NCBI RefSeq assembly: GCF_009914755.1
Contig: NC_060936.1
Strand: one strand, 5' to 3'
DNA: 64,000 bases
Source of the DNA: the human T2T-CHM13v2.0 reference genome, Homo sapiens
Shown here one piece after another: positions 38,809 through 53,729 of this stretch; position 1 is the first letter of the stretch, and each line of letters begins with the position of its first letter. The notes beneath the pieces are model-generated. The model was not told the origin of the DNA. It did not search any database and saw only the letters and a program-made list of their open reading frames with translations. The position numbers were made by a program, and so were the translations under genes.

Positions 38809-41615
38809 AGCTTTTACTCAAGGGAAATAATCTTTAGGAACCAGAAGTATGTTTTATTTGAGAAAGTAATTAGAATTATGAAAAATATGGTTGATGCAAC
38901 ATACGTGCTTTTTACAAATTATATCTCTTCTTTTCAACAGAACTAATTATTCTGCATTTTGATTAGGCTTCTTCTTATTCATAGAAATAGCTAAACAACT
39001 GACCTAATAGCACAGTTAATTATAATCATGAAATTTCATCAATTTGGCTACTGGTTATTTCTAACCAATTATTTTGATTATCTTTTAACAACTAAATAGT
39101 ATTAGCTATTCTGCAATTCAAACTATTTTTCAGTAGGTTTAAAGAAAAAAACATTCTTGTCTTATTGACTTGGAATTTATTAAAAGAAAAATCATTACCA
39201 TGATAAACAGTGATAATTATATATTTATATGTAATAAATCAACTCTGCAGTATGTTATTGATCTTCACATATCCCAATCCTTGTACTACTAATCACCTAT
39301 GTTATATCACATTTCATTTATGTATTTATGATATTTATTATAAACTTCTATAAATCTATTTAATTCTCCCAATATTTCCTAAATATATCTTAAGAAAATA
39401 AAAAAGAGATGACCTTCTTCCTTACTGAACGAAACAGACAACAATCCAATTATCAACCCTAATACATTGAAATCAATCACATAAAAAATTGCATAGTATT
39501 TTTTGGAATGGTCATGGAAAGCATTACTTTATACAAATTCTCCTCTCACAACTAAAACAAATTTACCCATCTTTACAACCGTGGATTTGGCAAATTTTAG
39601 GATCGACAAGAACAACAAATCCTTCTGATCTTTGTGTCACAAATGTTTTCAAAACAACTTTTATGGATGATTTTGGCATCCATTGTATTATATAGTATTT
39701 AATTGACCTCATTTCAAAATAAACAAGGTCACTGTGAATTTAAATCATGTCTGGATAATTCCATGGTGTTTTAGGATGGAAGAACATTACCCCCTCTAGT
39801 GGATAAAGGCAAAATACATGTCCTTGATGGGTTGAAAAGACAGACTGGGTTTCCTTAAACCATCATCCCCTCTTAAGAGGTTGATGGATTAATTTCCTTA
39901 CAACATACTTCATTCCAAGCATATTGTTCAGAAAAAGGTGCAATGTCACACATATTTCTTGTATTAAGATGTAAGAATGGTACTTGAAATTGAACACAAT
40001 GCAATAAGGGAAATGTAATTTGTGCCAGGAGTTCTGTCTCATATTGAAAAGAATGGACTTACAGGACCTCAACCTAAAATGGTTACTTCTAGTGATCAAA
40101 GCACCATGCAAGGCATGTTCTTTCTAATCAAGAAAAAGAAAATATACGGAGAAATCAAATTCACATTTCCTCAACTAAGAATGTTTAATTATTAGGTAAA
40201 CTTGAAATACGGCTTTAAAAATTCAGTTGAATGAGCTAGCCTTTGGACCACAGCATCTTTGTTTATTTAGGAAGTTGTTTAAAGTCCATTATTTATACTT
40301 TTCTATAAAAGAAACACATTTGTTTTTAGTTAATAACATAATATATGATATATATGTGTATATGTATCTACACACGCACAAATTTGGGAACTGGTTTATT
40401 TTCTGGAATTTATCTATTAGCAAATGGTCCATTAAGTTCTGCTCAAATATGAAGATTTAAGGTCATTCAACCCACTGTGATGATTGGCTTTAACTTCAGA
40501 TAAGTAGAATAAACACATCCCTGCTCAAGTATAAACTAGTTTTGCTTTCCCTATTGTAAATCATCAAAGCCACGTTCTCAAAGCCAGTGTCTGATGAGCG
40601 TCTGTCACTATTGCGTCTATTGTGTTTATCACTAGTGAAGTGATGGCATCCTCAGTTACCTCATCACTAATAGACATTGTAAAAATATGCTGTATATGGT
40701 TTTGAATTACCCTTGATATTTTCCCCTTCATTAGGCCAACTTTGTTTGACCTATTTAATACACTTAAAAACATTTGCAAAGAGGAAATATCTGTATTTGT
40801 ACCTACTTATACATACTCTGAGGCAGCCCACATAAGTGAGGCTTATCTCATGTTCTTGGTATCCCTCTTTATTTTCACGTGCATGGCTGTTATCCAATAG
40901 GCAAAAAGTTTGGGGGGCAAGATTTTAAGCTCCTTTCATGGAAAAGTAAAATCGTCAGCCAATCACATAAGCTGTATATCAAAATAAATCTGGAAATACT
41001 TACAAAGCAATTAATACCTTTATTAACTACCACAAGAGAACATGTTATAATTCACAAAATCATTTACACCTTAGAAGAACTTAAAATGTAGTTGGAGAAA
41101 ATACTAAGATTGCGTCAACTAGAAGATTTAGTATCAGGAACAAACAGACAAATATATACATTTCTATAGTTGTCAAATAGCAAAGTATTTACAAATTATT
41201 GCCTCAGTTTCTTTATCTGTAAAGTGAAAATAAGATCTACTTATGTCACAGAATTTTTGGAAAGTTTTAATAAGACATGTTATTAAAACCAGCAAAGTGT
41301 TTGGCATACAACATGAAGTCAATAAATACTGATTTACTTGATCCTCACAAAAACCCTATATGGTTGAGAGGTTAGATATGATAAAACTTAATTTTACAGT
41401 AGAAAATCAGACTCAGAGAAGTTTTAAGATCGGTCAGAAGCTACATAAAGCTCAAATTTGTAGCTATGTATGCGTTTGTAAAACCATTATGAGCCATATA
41501 GGGAAGGAGAAAAATGAAGAGTGATTTAGAAGTGGTGAGTAAACAATTTTGACTGAAACAGAAGCCTTAAAATGAGTGGCTATACATAAAAAGATGGCAA
41601 AATAGACATGGACAA

Positions 41616-42100
41616 TTTTTATTTATTTATTTATTTTTATTTATTATACTTTAAGTTCTGGGATATATATGCAGAACATGTAGGTTTGTTACATAGGTAT
41701 ACATGTGCCATGGTGGTTTGCTGCACCCATCAACCCGTCATCTACATTAGGTATTTCTCCTAATGTTATCCCTCCCCTAGCCTCCACCCCCGCCGACAGG
41801 CCCCGGTGTGTGATGTTCACCTCCTTGTGTCCATGTGTTCTCATTGTTCAACCCCCACTTATGAGTGAGAACGTCCCGTGTTCGGATTTCTGTTTCTGTG
41901 TTAGTTTGCTGAGAATGATAGTTTCCAGCTTCATCCATGTCCTAGCAAAGGACATGAACTCATCCTTTTTTCATGGCTGCTTAGTATTCCATGGTGTATA
42001 TGTGCCAGATTTTCTTTATCCAGTCTATCATTGATGGGCATCTGGGTTGGTTCCAAGTCTTTGCTATTGTGTACAGTGCTGCAATAAACATACATGTGTA
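41616..42100 (-). mobile_element. L1PA (L1PA7/8-like) 3' end
   Basis: Antisense 3'UTR TTATTATACTTTAAGTTCTGGG; ORF2 C-terminal peptide TIAKTWNQPRCPSMIDWIKK. Confidence 0.92.
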
Positions 42101-44402
42101 CCATGCTAAGGAGTTAGGATTTTCTCTGAAGCTCAGCAGGGCCAAAGGCCTGTGGCAGCACAAATTGTAATTGAGGTACAAGAAGGGTCTGAAGCTAAGT
42201 TTTAGAAGTCTTTACATTGCACCAAAAGTGTGAACAACATGATCAAAATGATACTATAGTGGCAGTTTTCAGAAGGGTTAGGAAGACAAAAAACACTGAC
42301 AGCAGGGAAATAAGTTGGTAATATATTAACTTAGAATGAGATGGCACACAGGGAAGAACAACAGGATTGTAAAAGGAGACTGAAAACAAAAAAACGTGGT
42401 CAATAATGCAATATGGGACGTGAGAATGAGATTGGAATGTATAGGAAGGTGATTTTGAGGTTTCAGGTCTTGTGTTTGTAACCACTTAACAAAATTAGAG
42501 GAGTTGGTTTGATCAAGATGATGAAATTCTCAACTTTAGACTTGCTGAACACGTACATCTTAGTATGTTGAGCATTTTCTCCATGAAACTAACTGGATTC
42601 TGCCACTAAAGCATTTAGTGCATAACATTTTTTAAATGCTAATGAAAATTTGTTCTCAACCAATGAAATGACTCTAGAGAATCCTGTATTTCCGAAGTCG
42701 ACTTCCCTTTTTCAAGGCAGCTTTTGCATACTTCACCAGTTGTGGTTGGGGTTGGACACCTGTGGGGACCACCATTGCCAGTTTTAGGCAAAGCTGTGAA
42801 GTAGCAGAGTCGGATTTGGCAAATGTCTTTTCCCTTTCCTGTGCCTCTTTCCCTGCTTTGGGTACTACTACCAGCTTGGTATTCTGCTGCTAACCGGAGG
42901 TGGCCACTCAAGGACACTCCTCAAGATTTTCACCACATAGAAGCATGCATGACATGTAGATGGTGGTCTATAAATTTCAGTGGTAGGCATAAAAGAGGTG
43001 AGTGAATGAATGAAAAAAATTAATGAATGAATAAAACATCTGACAATTCATATGCTTGAAGATGTTGAGTAATTTGGGCATCCCTCTCTAAATTATTTGT
43101 GTTAAAAACATTCATCTGAAGATGTACACTAATAGAAGGAATTATTACTGGCAGATTTCACATGACAATGAAGACTGAATTTAGAGAGCAAGAGCCTCTA
43201 TTCCAACTTTAAAGCACATGATAAAGACAATCATCTCCACCCAAGAGTTGACTCCTTTTGACAGAGGTCCTCATTTTGTTTGATGCCACCCATTATTTAG
43301 CCATTGTTGGGGAAATGAAATTATATTACATAAAAATAAAATTGTGTCTAATGGGTAGCAGCAGCTACCTAAAATATGGCCTAAAATATGGTTCCACTGT
43401 CAATAACTCTCTTTACCATATGCAATCTGAGTAGCCACGGTCTGATGTAAATGTCAGTTTTCACCGTGCCTTCCTAGTATGCTGGGAGATTCCACTCACC
43501 AGAGTTGCCAAATAGCATAGCCCAGGACCGTCAATATGACAATTTAATTTGGGCTTCTGTTGCTTCTGTTAGTCATTGACGAGAGAGCCTTGACTAAAAA
43601 TGGAACCAAGTCTCAAGTTCTGTTAGTAGCACTGTACAGAAATAAATTATATAATGTTCATGGTGGCTGATTTTTATTGCTTTGAAGCAAACATGTTAAT
43701 AATGTTTCTTTTAATCAGTGATGAATAGATGCATAATAAATATTTGGAAACAGTTCTAATGGAGAGCCAGGTATTTCCATTTCTCTGACTCCCTCTAATT
43801 TTTGATTTGTGACTGGAATTCTTGAGAGTGACTTAGTTTCCAGTCCTACTTGAATAATGGCTTTTTTTTTTCAGAGTTTGGGTGCTTCTGCTTGTGGCTG
43901 TGCATGTGGCTAAGAACAGGAAACACTGTTGAGGGGACGGAAAGAGCATTAATCAAGTGTTCTGAATCACCAAAGAATTTGAATGAAATGTTGCTGTTAG
44001 TTATGCCAGATTTTAATGGCATTCCCTGGATGACTATGTAGTTGTTATTACTCATATCCTTGGTTAAAATGATGAGTTTGTGTATATAAAAAAAACTATA
44101 CATGTAATCTTAGTATCCAAACATGTATGAGTGTGGATTTTGAGTGCAAAAATAAGAATGGTAAAGTATGCATTATGTGAGTCTCATAACTCACAAAGTG
44201 CCAATGCATCAGACTCCAAGATGTGACTGCTAAGTTAAAGAACAACATGCTTAGACAATAAGTACAACATTATGTTTATTCATTAATTTGTATTTTAAAT
44301 ATGTTTAATAGAACAGGGTATTTTTGTAAGTATCTTCAAGTACAACAAACCATTAATAAATAAAATCACAATCATAAATATTAAAATACACATTCTCAAT
44401 AG

Positions 44403-44755
<353 letters not shown>

Positions 44756-44987
44756 GTACAGTTTTATTTAATTGGTGCCTATTTTGATATCTGAAGCCTT
44801 ATATTTTTGATATCTAACCGTGTGACAAATCTTGGAGAAGGAGTAACTGAAGTTCCTATTACTTGCCAAGAATAGCAAGTTTAATGGATTTCAGAAAATA
44901 AATAAATAAAATAATAAAACTTGAAGTTTGATGTCATTCAACTTGTTTTACAAGGAAATTTAGGCCTCAAGTTTGTGTACTCCAGTA

Positions 44988-44988
44988 G

Positions 44989-45050
<62 letters not shown>
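44988..45050. repeat. Compound (TA)n(GA)n microsatellite
   Basis: Seen directly. Confidence 0.95.
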
Positions 45051-45053
<3 letters not shown>

Positions 45054-45210
45054 CCAAAACCATAGATGGATTTATGTATTTAAAAATAATTTTAAAATTT
45101 TGTTTATGAGTATTAATTCCTTTAAAATTACAAAGCAACCTAGTTCTTCACGGAATCAAATACTCAATAGAACATATTTAATATCATTTCACATGGGACT
45201 CACCTATTAA

Positions 45211-45605
<395 letters not shown>

Positions 45606-47085
45606 TGTTGTTTTATTATAGAAACAGAAATAGAGATCCTTTATTTATGTTGAAATCTCCTAATCAGGACCCCTTGCCACAATAAACAATGAGGTGCGTA
45701 AGTAAGAAAGAAAAAGTCTATGTAAAGAGACAAATATAATTATCTACATTGCAAGTTTACTTTTAAAAGAGCCTGAAATATAAAATGGCAAATAATAAAA
45801 ATAAATATAACAAATAATAAAAATGCTTTTCAGTTTTATGTCTGGTTAAGTGTGAGAAATATATATATATATGAAGTAAAAATAGGTGTGAAGAAATGAA
45901 AACATAAGCAACGTTAGAGATCCCCTAATGTAGGGGAGGACCTAGAAAAAAGACGGAAGGGGTGATCAACCTGCATTAACAGACTTTCAGGGAATAATAT
46001 TCTAATTATATTGTTTTAGGATGTTGCTGAGATTTTAAAATCACATTGCAAATTTATAACCTTGAACATAAACAGGTAGCTACATCTAAGTATTTTTCCA
46101 CCCAGATTAACTAGTTCTGAGAGAACTGGAGGCTAGGACTTGCTCACAGAACTGAAGTTCCTTATTCCTCTTACTAGAAAAACAAACAAACAAACAAACA
46201 AAAAAAGATGGTCCAATCTTTGGCCTGGAAGTTGGAATTAAGCTCATGCAAACCTGAAAATGTTGCTTTCTCTCATCATTAGGTAGCCTAAGGCAAAGGG
46301 AGAGAAAGTTCACCTTATATGTGCCTTTTCCTTAAGTACTATCTCCCCTGCAGCAGGATGACTTTGCGTTGAATATCTAGGTGCATCATTGTGTTGTTAA
46401 TTTCTCCGTTTTCTCCTCTGTGGCCACTGTACTTTGGTATAGGGCTGTCAGAAAGAAAAACACACGGCATGGGCTTAGCATCTGGCTGAAGCCTAAATAA
46501 GCAGCACTGCCAGACATCAGAATATATCATTACTGTGATAGTTATGTTTAAATGTGTGGTGGTGCCATTGAAGTTAAGCTCAAAGTTAGCTATGAAAATA
46601 CTGTGCAGAAAAGGTTGAAATATTGACATTTCTAAAAAAAAAAATCTAGTAGAACTGTACCTCCAGTAGTCTTCAGAATTATTTTAATTAGCTTTACCTA
46701 CTTCCTAATTTGCTAGCTGCCTATTTCTTATTTTATTATACCAGATATTTTTAAACTAGGCTCTATTTAAAGCATCAAGATAGGCAAAGAGTGGAAAATC
46801 ATTACCGGAACGCTTGGTTGTGGAAAAAAAAAAAAGATTTGCATCTTCTATTTTTCTTATTTCTTCCTTCAAGGGATAGTGTTAACAACTTTTCAGAAAT
46901 TCTAATAATGTTCCTGGCCAATTCAGGGTTGATAGGGTATGGTAACTATTTTATGGATCATAGAATAAGGAAATCTCATGTTTTCCCATGGGACTTCATG
47001 CCCATTTTAAAAACAAAGTAGAAAAAGTGTCTTTTAAATGGACATGGTATTGAAAGAAACCAATTTCCACCTCTAAAAGTTATAA

Positions 47086-47557
<472 letters not shown>

Positions 47558-47581
47558 CCATGCTTTAATTTTTAAAATGTC

Positions 47582-48022
47582 GGCTGGGCATGGTGGCCCC
47601 AATCAGTAATCCCAGCACTTTGGGAGGCTGAGATGGGAGGATCACTTGAGCACAGGAATTTGAGACCAGCTTGGGCAACATAGCGAGACCCTGTGTCCTC
47701 AAAAAAGAAAAAAAATAGCTGGATGTGGTGGTGTATGCCTGTAGTCCCAGCTACTTAGGAGGATGAGGTGGGAGGATCACTTGATTCCAGGAGGTTGGGG
47801 CCATGGTGAGCCATGTTCATGCCATTGCACTCCAGTCTGGGTGACAGTGAGGTTCGTATCCAGTCTGGATACATTATGAAAACATCTATCCTCACTGAAA
47901 CTGTTGAGCAAAAGGGTAGAAAATACTAGACTGCCATTCGGAACAGGAATTGGCAAAGCAGCCACATCCAGAATGACTGACCATGGTTTATTGTCTCAAA
48001 AAAAAAAGTAAAAAAAAAAAAA
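47582..48022 (+). mobile_element. AluJ with a ~140-bp non-Alu insertion near its 3' end
   Basis: J-type sequence up to GGGTGACAGTGAG (47851); Alu resumes at TGTCTCAAAAA (~47992). Confidence 0.9.
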
Positions 48023-48083
48023 GTCTTAGCATTAATTCTTCAACCATTGACATGGTCTAGATTCATAACCACTTGTTATCATA

Positions 48084-48555
48084 TGTAATAGGTTATATTA
48101 TTCTCCCCAACTATGGTTCTCATGTATTATAAATTCATGCTCCCCCACCCCCAAAGTTCATGTCCTTTGCCTTATAACTTCCCATGCCTCACTAGGCGGA
48201 ATATACCACCCTGTCACATTGTTAGGTTGCTTAAATGATTTGATTTGACCAATAGAATGTGAATAAGTGTGCTGCACTTCTGAGCAGAAGCTGTAAATGC
48301 ATTTGGATGGTTCAGTTTGGGCTCTTATGTTCATGTCTCTGTCATGAGAACAGCACCCCAGATAAGGGCAGCTCTTTTAGCCTGGGCGCCTTAGCCTTGG
48401 TTGTGAAGATACGTAGAGCAAAACTGAACAGACCTAAACAAAGTTCACTAGAGCCATTATTAACTGACACACCCATGAGCCAAAAATAAATGTCTGATGC
48501 TGAAAGCCACTGAGACTTAGGGGATGTATGTTACCCCAGCAAAAATGATTAATCA
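48084..48555 (+). mobile_element. MLT1 (G/H-like) solo LTR
   Basis: TTTGACCAATAGAATGTGA...AATAAATG...AAGCCACTGAGA...TGTTACCCCAGCA. Confidence 0.7.
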
Positions 48556-48730
48556 ACCATAACCACTGAAAGAAAAAAAAAGAATTAGTGACTCAAGTTT
48601 GTTTGTAGAAAGAATGGAGAAATGTGGCATTGCAAATTGGGGTAGAGATGAGAAGAAAATGAAGCTAGACAAAGCTTTGATATACATTTCAATGGCATAT
48701 TCTCCTACTCACACTTGGAACATTGGACAC

Positions 48731-49258
48731 TATATTAATTTTCTACTGCTATTTAAAAATTACCCCCAAACTTAGCAGTTTAAAATAATCAATATTTATT
48801 ACATCACGGTTTCTGTGGACCAGGAATCCAGGTGTGGCTTAGCTGCGTGTCTTTGGCTCAAGGTCTCTCATGAGGTTGCAGTCCAGCTGTCAGCCAGGGC
48901 TGTGGTCTCATCAGACTGGGGTTGAAGGGAGAGGATCTATTTTCAAACTCATTCACGTGGTTGTTGCAGGCATTGGTCTTTTGCCACATGAACTTCTCCA
49001 TAAGACTACCTTACAAGATGGCAGCTGTTCTCCGTCAGGGTTTGTGATCCATGAGAGAGCAACACAAAACACTCAAGATGGAAGCTGCAGTCTTATAATC
49101 TAATCTTAAAAGTGATAACCCATTCATTCTGTCATATTCTATTCATTAGAAGTCAGTCAATAAGTCCAATCCACCCTCAAGGGGAGGGGATTACACAGGT
49201 ACATGAATATCAGGAGGCTGGAATCATTGGGATCATCTTAGAGGCTGCCTCCCAGAGA
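48731..49258 (-). mobile_element. MLT1 (old subfamily) solo LTR
   Basis: TACCCCCAAACTTAGCAGTTTAAAA...TCACGGTTTCTGTGGACCAGGAATCCAGG. Confidence 0.75.
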
Positions 49259-49444
49259 CACAGCACTTGAACTCTCTGAGCTGCAATTTCTCAACTTGTA
49301 AAATGATGTTATTGTACCTCCCCTGCTTGCCTAACAGAATTCTTACAGGGTCAAAGGAGAAAGTATATTTACATATATAAGCCATAGCATATATGCACAA
49401 CTATACGTATATTCTATAAAGCACTATACAAATTTAGATGCTTT

Positions 49445-49830
49445 TGTTAGTCTGGGTTTTCTGAGAAGTAAAAGCCCAGATGGGATTAAAGGTACAAGGA
49501 CTGTTTTAAGGGAAATGTCTGTGAGAGGAAATAAGGTGGGAGCTGGCACAGATGAGGGTGGGGTAGGGGGAAGTGTAGTGGCTGGGAGAACCGTGAGACA
49601 CCATTGATCCTAATGTGAGACAGAGGCGGAAGGAGTGTTGACTGGAAGCTTACTAGACCAGCATGCCATCTAAGGAAAGTGGCAAGGCTTTTCGGGGCAT
49701 CCCCAAACCAAAGCAGCCCATCAAAGGAGTTTCAAATCTCCCAGGAAAGGGTCTGTCTTAGTATTCCTGCCACACTCAGTCATTGGATGAGAGCAGCCCG
49801 GGGGAGATGGGGCCTTGGTGCAAACATAGT
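49445..49830 (-). mobile_element. LTR16-like LTR
   Basis: Similar to the element at 17420 (TCTGAGAAGTAAAAGCCCAGATGGGATT...GGAAATGTCTGTGAG). Confidence 0.55.
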
Positions 49831-50262
49831 GATTCATTCTATCTCTTTTGTAGATCCCATTCTCATTTTCTTTGCTTGAGTTCTATCTTGGTGTCATTTC
49901 TAATATTTCTAGTTCTTCTTGAACATGGGCCATCCTGAAACCTTTGCCAGGGACTCTGCTGAAAATGTGAATTTCCTGCCAGTGCTTCTGCTCTGCCTGT
50001 TGGAACACCCTAAACCCAGGCTGAACCTCTTTGGGTTTGACTGCTGGACTGTACCACCTCCTACTGACTATTGTCACACCCTCCAGGACCAGACTTCCTC
50101 CCGCACCTGCATTTGGGTCTATTATTCCAGGGATCAATTTCATCCCAAGGTTGGTTTTCATTCTAGATCGGGGATCTAGGCACCCTCTCAGGCTACTCCA
50201 ACCAGTAGTTGTTAATAACAGTTGGAGCCAGACTTCTCAGGTTCTAATCCTTGGTCTGCCAC

Positions 50263-50636
50263 TGCTACAGTTTGGATGTGGTTGGTTTGTCCCCAACAAA
50301 CTCATGTGAAATTTCATGCCTGATGTGGTGGTGCTGGGAGGTGGGCCTAGCAGAAGGTGTTTGAGTTATGGGGGCAAATTCCTCAAGTGGCTTTAGTGCT
50401 GTTTTGCAGTAGTGAGCGAGGGAAACGCCTCAGGTCTTTTTCTCTCTGCTCATGTCTGCTTCCCTTTTGGCCTTCTCTGCCATATTGTGGCACAGCACAA
50501 AAGGCGTCACCAGAAGCCAGGGCCATGCCCTTGAACTTGTCAGCCTGCAGAACCATGAGCTAAATAAACCTCTTTTCTTTATAAATTATGCAGTCTCAAG
50601 GTAGTCTCTTGTAGCAACATGAAATGGACTAATACA
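50263..50636 (+). mobile_element. MSTB-like MaLR solo LTR inserted in a MIR (~50200-50262 and 50637-50800)
   Basis: TGCTACAGTTTGGATG...AATAAACCTCTTTTCTTTATAAATTA...GGACTAATACA. 5-bp TSD GCCAC/GTCAC. Confidence 0.85.
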
Positions 50637-52257
50637 GTCACTTTCAAACTCTGTGACCTTTGGTGAGTTATTTAAACTCTCTGTGTCATTGTAAAATGGA
50701 GATGACAATAGTACCTATCTCATAAAATATTTTGTTTTGTAAAGTGCTAAGACAGTACTAGGCACATAGAAATCATTCTATAAATGTTAACCATTTTTAT
50801 TATTCAGCTTCTTGAAGACTTCTCAATGTACAAACTAAAATATGCTGTACCATTTTGAGTCCTGTGGCAACTCTGATTGATGTCAATCTTTCAAGTTGGC
50901 ATAAGAAAATAAATAATTTCAGAGAGAGAAAGAGAGAACATTTTTCTTAGGTACATTGATGCAACTTCTAAAGGCCTTATTAGTTTAATCCCAGGCTGTT
51001 TGTGCTTATTTACTAACTCTGTTTTGGACTCTGAGGCTAGTTGGCTTGATCCTCATCTATTTTCTCAGTCTTGGCTGGATTACTATATTGGCTAGATGTT
51101 TCACATGATTTGCTGCCGGGTCCTGCTACCAAGCTTTGCCTCCTAAAGTCAAGTTCCAAATACCAGGTCCTGGAGCTGAGCTCAGCTCAATCCCAGTCAG
51201 ACAGATTGGAGTAGGCAGGAATTGGGGAACTACAGTGCTCATTTTTAGGTGTTTTTGTTTGTGCCATTTGGTCCCTTCTTCTTTTGCTTTCACAATAACT
51301 TTATTTTCTTAATTGCCTTGTTACTGCCTGAAATAGGACCATCAATAAAGAACAGTGGTGTAGGGTTTTGTCTGGAAAAGATGGAGGTGCTTTTGCTGGT
51401 CCAATTTGTTACCGCTGTTTTATTTTATATTATACCTGTTCCCAAAGGCACAAATTCAGTATTGTATTTAGGTTTTGTGGGCACTGAATGGAGAGGTTTA
51501 ATTAAGAACGCTTTTCAGAAACAGCCTTGTAGCATAACATAGAACTTCCATTGCTTCCTTCTCACTCAGAGTTGTGGTTCTCCCCACCCCTCCTTTTATC
51601 ACTTCATTATCTCAAGCCAAAAGTTGATTTGGTCAATTTCCTGTTTGAGTGTAAGCCAATCTCTTGAAGTTATTTCAGCATTGTGGCACTTAAAACACAA
51701 GGTTTCCCTGTTAAATTTCCACCATTTTAACACTTCATCTATTGTTTCTTTTTTTCCTAATGACAAGCACCAATGAATATTTTCAAGTCTACCACTTAAT
51801 ATAACCCCATGTGTTTTTGATACCCTAAACTCCACTAGTCTGTGTTGATAGTGACTAATCCTCAGAACTGTTAAAACATTCTGTGCAAATAGAGGTACAT
51901 CAGAGGAATTTTTTATGTGAAAATTTTATTTAGGGAGCCGCTTTCTTTCCTGTATTTGCTTATTCAACCTTTCCATTTCAACTTGTTTTGAAATACTGTC
52001 AAACGACATAAATCACAGTTTCCTTTTTCAGTTTTATTAACCTAGCCTGATAAAATGGCACCAAAATTGTTGATTTAACATTCCCAAGAGTAGCTATCTT
52101 TGATATAAAAACACCTAAACTTTTGTCAATTTCAGAGCTGTACAGAAAAGTCATTTTGTTCAATCTCCTTGTTATATTTTTGGGGAAACTGAGTGTGAGA
52201 GAAGTTATGTGAGTTGGCGAAGATCATGCATTTAGTTAGTGAGACTATGGTATTTTT

Positions 52258-53614
52258 TAGTTTTTATTTCTAATTATTATAAGTACATAATATTTCTGTA
52301 TATTTAAGGGCTACACGTAATGTTTTCATATAGGTGTATAACGTATAATGATCAAATCAGGATAATTGGGGTGTCCACTACCTCAAACCTTTATTATTTC
52401 TTTGTGTTAGAAACCTTCCAATTCCATTCTTTTAGTTATTTTTAAATACACAATAAATTTTGTAAGCTATAGTCACCTATTGTGCTACCAAATACTGGAT
52501 CTTATTCATTCGATCTAACTATTTTTTTACCCATTCACTGTCTCCACTTTATCCTCCCCCACCCCACTACTCTTCTCAGCCTCTGGCAACTGTCATTCCA
52601 CTCTCTATCTCCATTTCAATTTTTTTTTAGCTCCCACATATGAGTGAGAGCATATTTGATAACATAGTGTCCTCCAGTTCCATCATGTTGTTGCAAGTGA
52701 CAGGGTTTTATTTTTTATGGCTAAATAATATTCCATTGTATACATGTATCACATTTTCTTTATCCATTCATCCACTGATGGACGCTTAGGTTGCTTCTAT
52801 ATCTTGGCTATTGTGAATAGCACTATAATAAATACAGGAGTGGAGCGGTCTCTTTGAAATACTGATTTATTTTCTTTTGGATATATGCCCAGAAGTGGGG
52901 TGCTGGATCATATGGTAATTCTATTTTGAGTTTTTTGAGGAACCTCTATACTGCTCTCCATAGTGGTTGTACTAATTTACATTCCTACCAACAGTGGCGA
53001 GGATTCTCCTTTCTCCTCATCCCTACAGCACTTGTTATTGTCTGTCTTTTGGATATAAGCCATTTTAGCTGGGGTGAAATGATATCTCAGTGTAGTTTTG
53101 ATTTGCATTTCTCTGATGATTAGTGCTATTGAGTGTTTTTTCATATATCTTTTGTCCATGTGTATATTGTCTCTTGAGAAATATCTAGTCCAGATCTTTA
53201 GCTCATTTTAAAATTGGATTATTTGTTTTTTTTTCCCACTGAGCTTTTTGAGCTTCTAGTATATCCTGATTCATTAGCCCCTTGTCAGATGACTGATTTG
53301 CAAATATTTTCTCCAATTCTGTAGGCTGTCTCTTTACTTTCTTTTACTTCCTTCACTGTGCAGTTTTTTAGCTTGATGTGATCCCATTTCTCCATTTCTC
53401 CTTGTTTCCTGTGCTTTTGAAGTCTTACTCAAGAAATGTTTGCCCAGAACAACGTCCTGGAGTGTTCCCCTGATGTTTTCTTCTAGTAGTCTTATAGTTC
53501 CAGGTCTTTATATTTAAGTTTTTAATCCATTTTGGTTTGATTTTTGTGTATGGTGAGAGTTAGAGGTCTAGTTTCATTCTTCAGCATGTGGACACCCAGT
53601 TTTCTCAGCACCAT
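52258..53614 (-). mobile_element. 5'-truncated L1MA
   Basis: Antisense ORF2 end ([13 protein letters not shown]) plus 3'UTR. TSD GACTATGGTATTTTT (52243-52257) and GACAATGGTATTTTT (53615-53629). Confidence 0.88.
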
Positions 53615-53729
53615 GACAATGGTATTTTTCAGTATTGTGGCATGCTATCTCCCTCAACGTAGAACATGACAGTGTCTACACTAGTCTCTTTAATTCCCTT
53701 CCTCACTGATTTTGTTTTTCAATTCAGGA

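Noticed and set aside
40590-40700. C/D-box snoRNA suggested by TGATGA at ~40593
   Set aside because: No suitably placed CTGA D box and no terminal stem.
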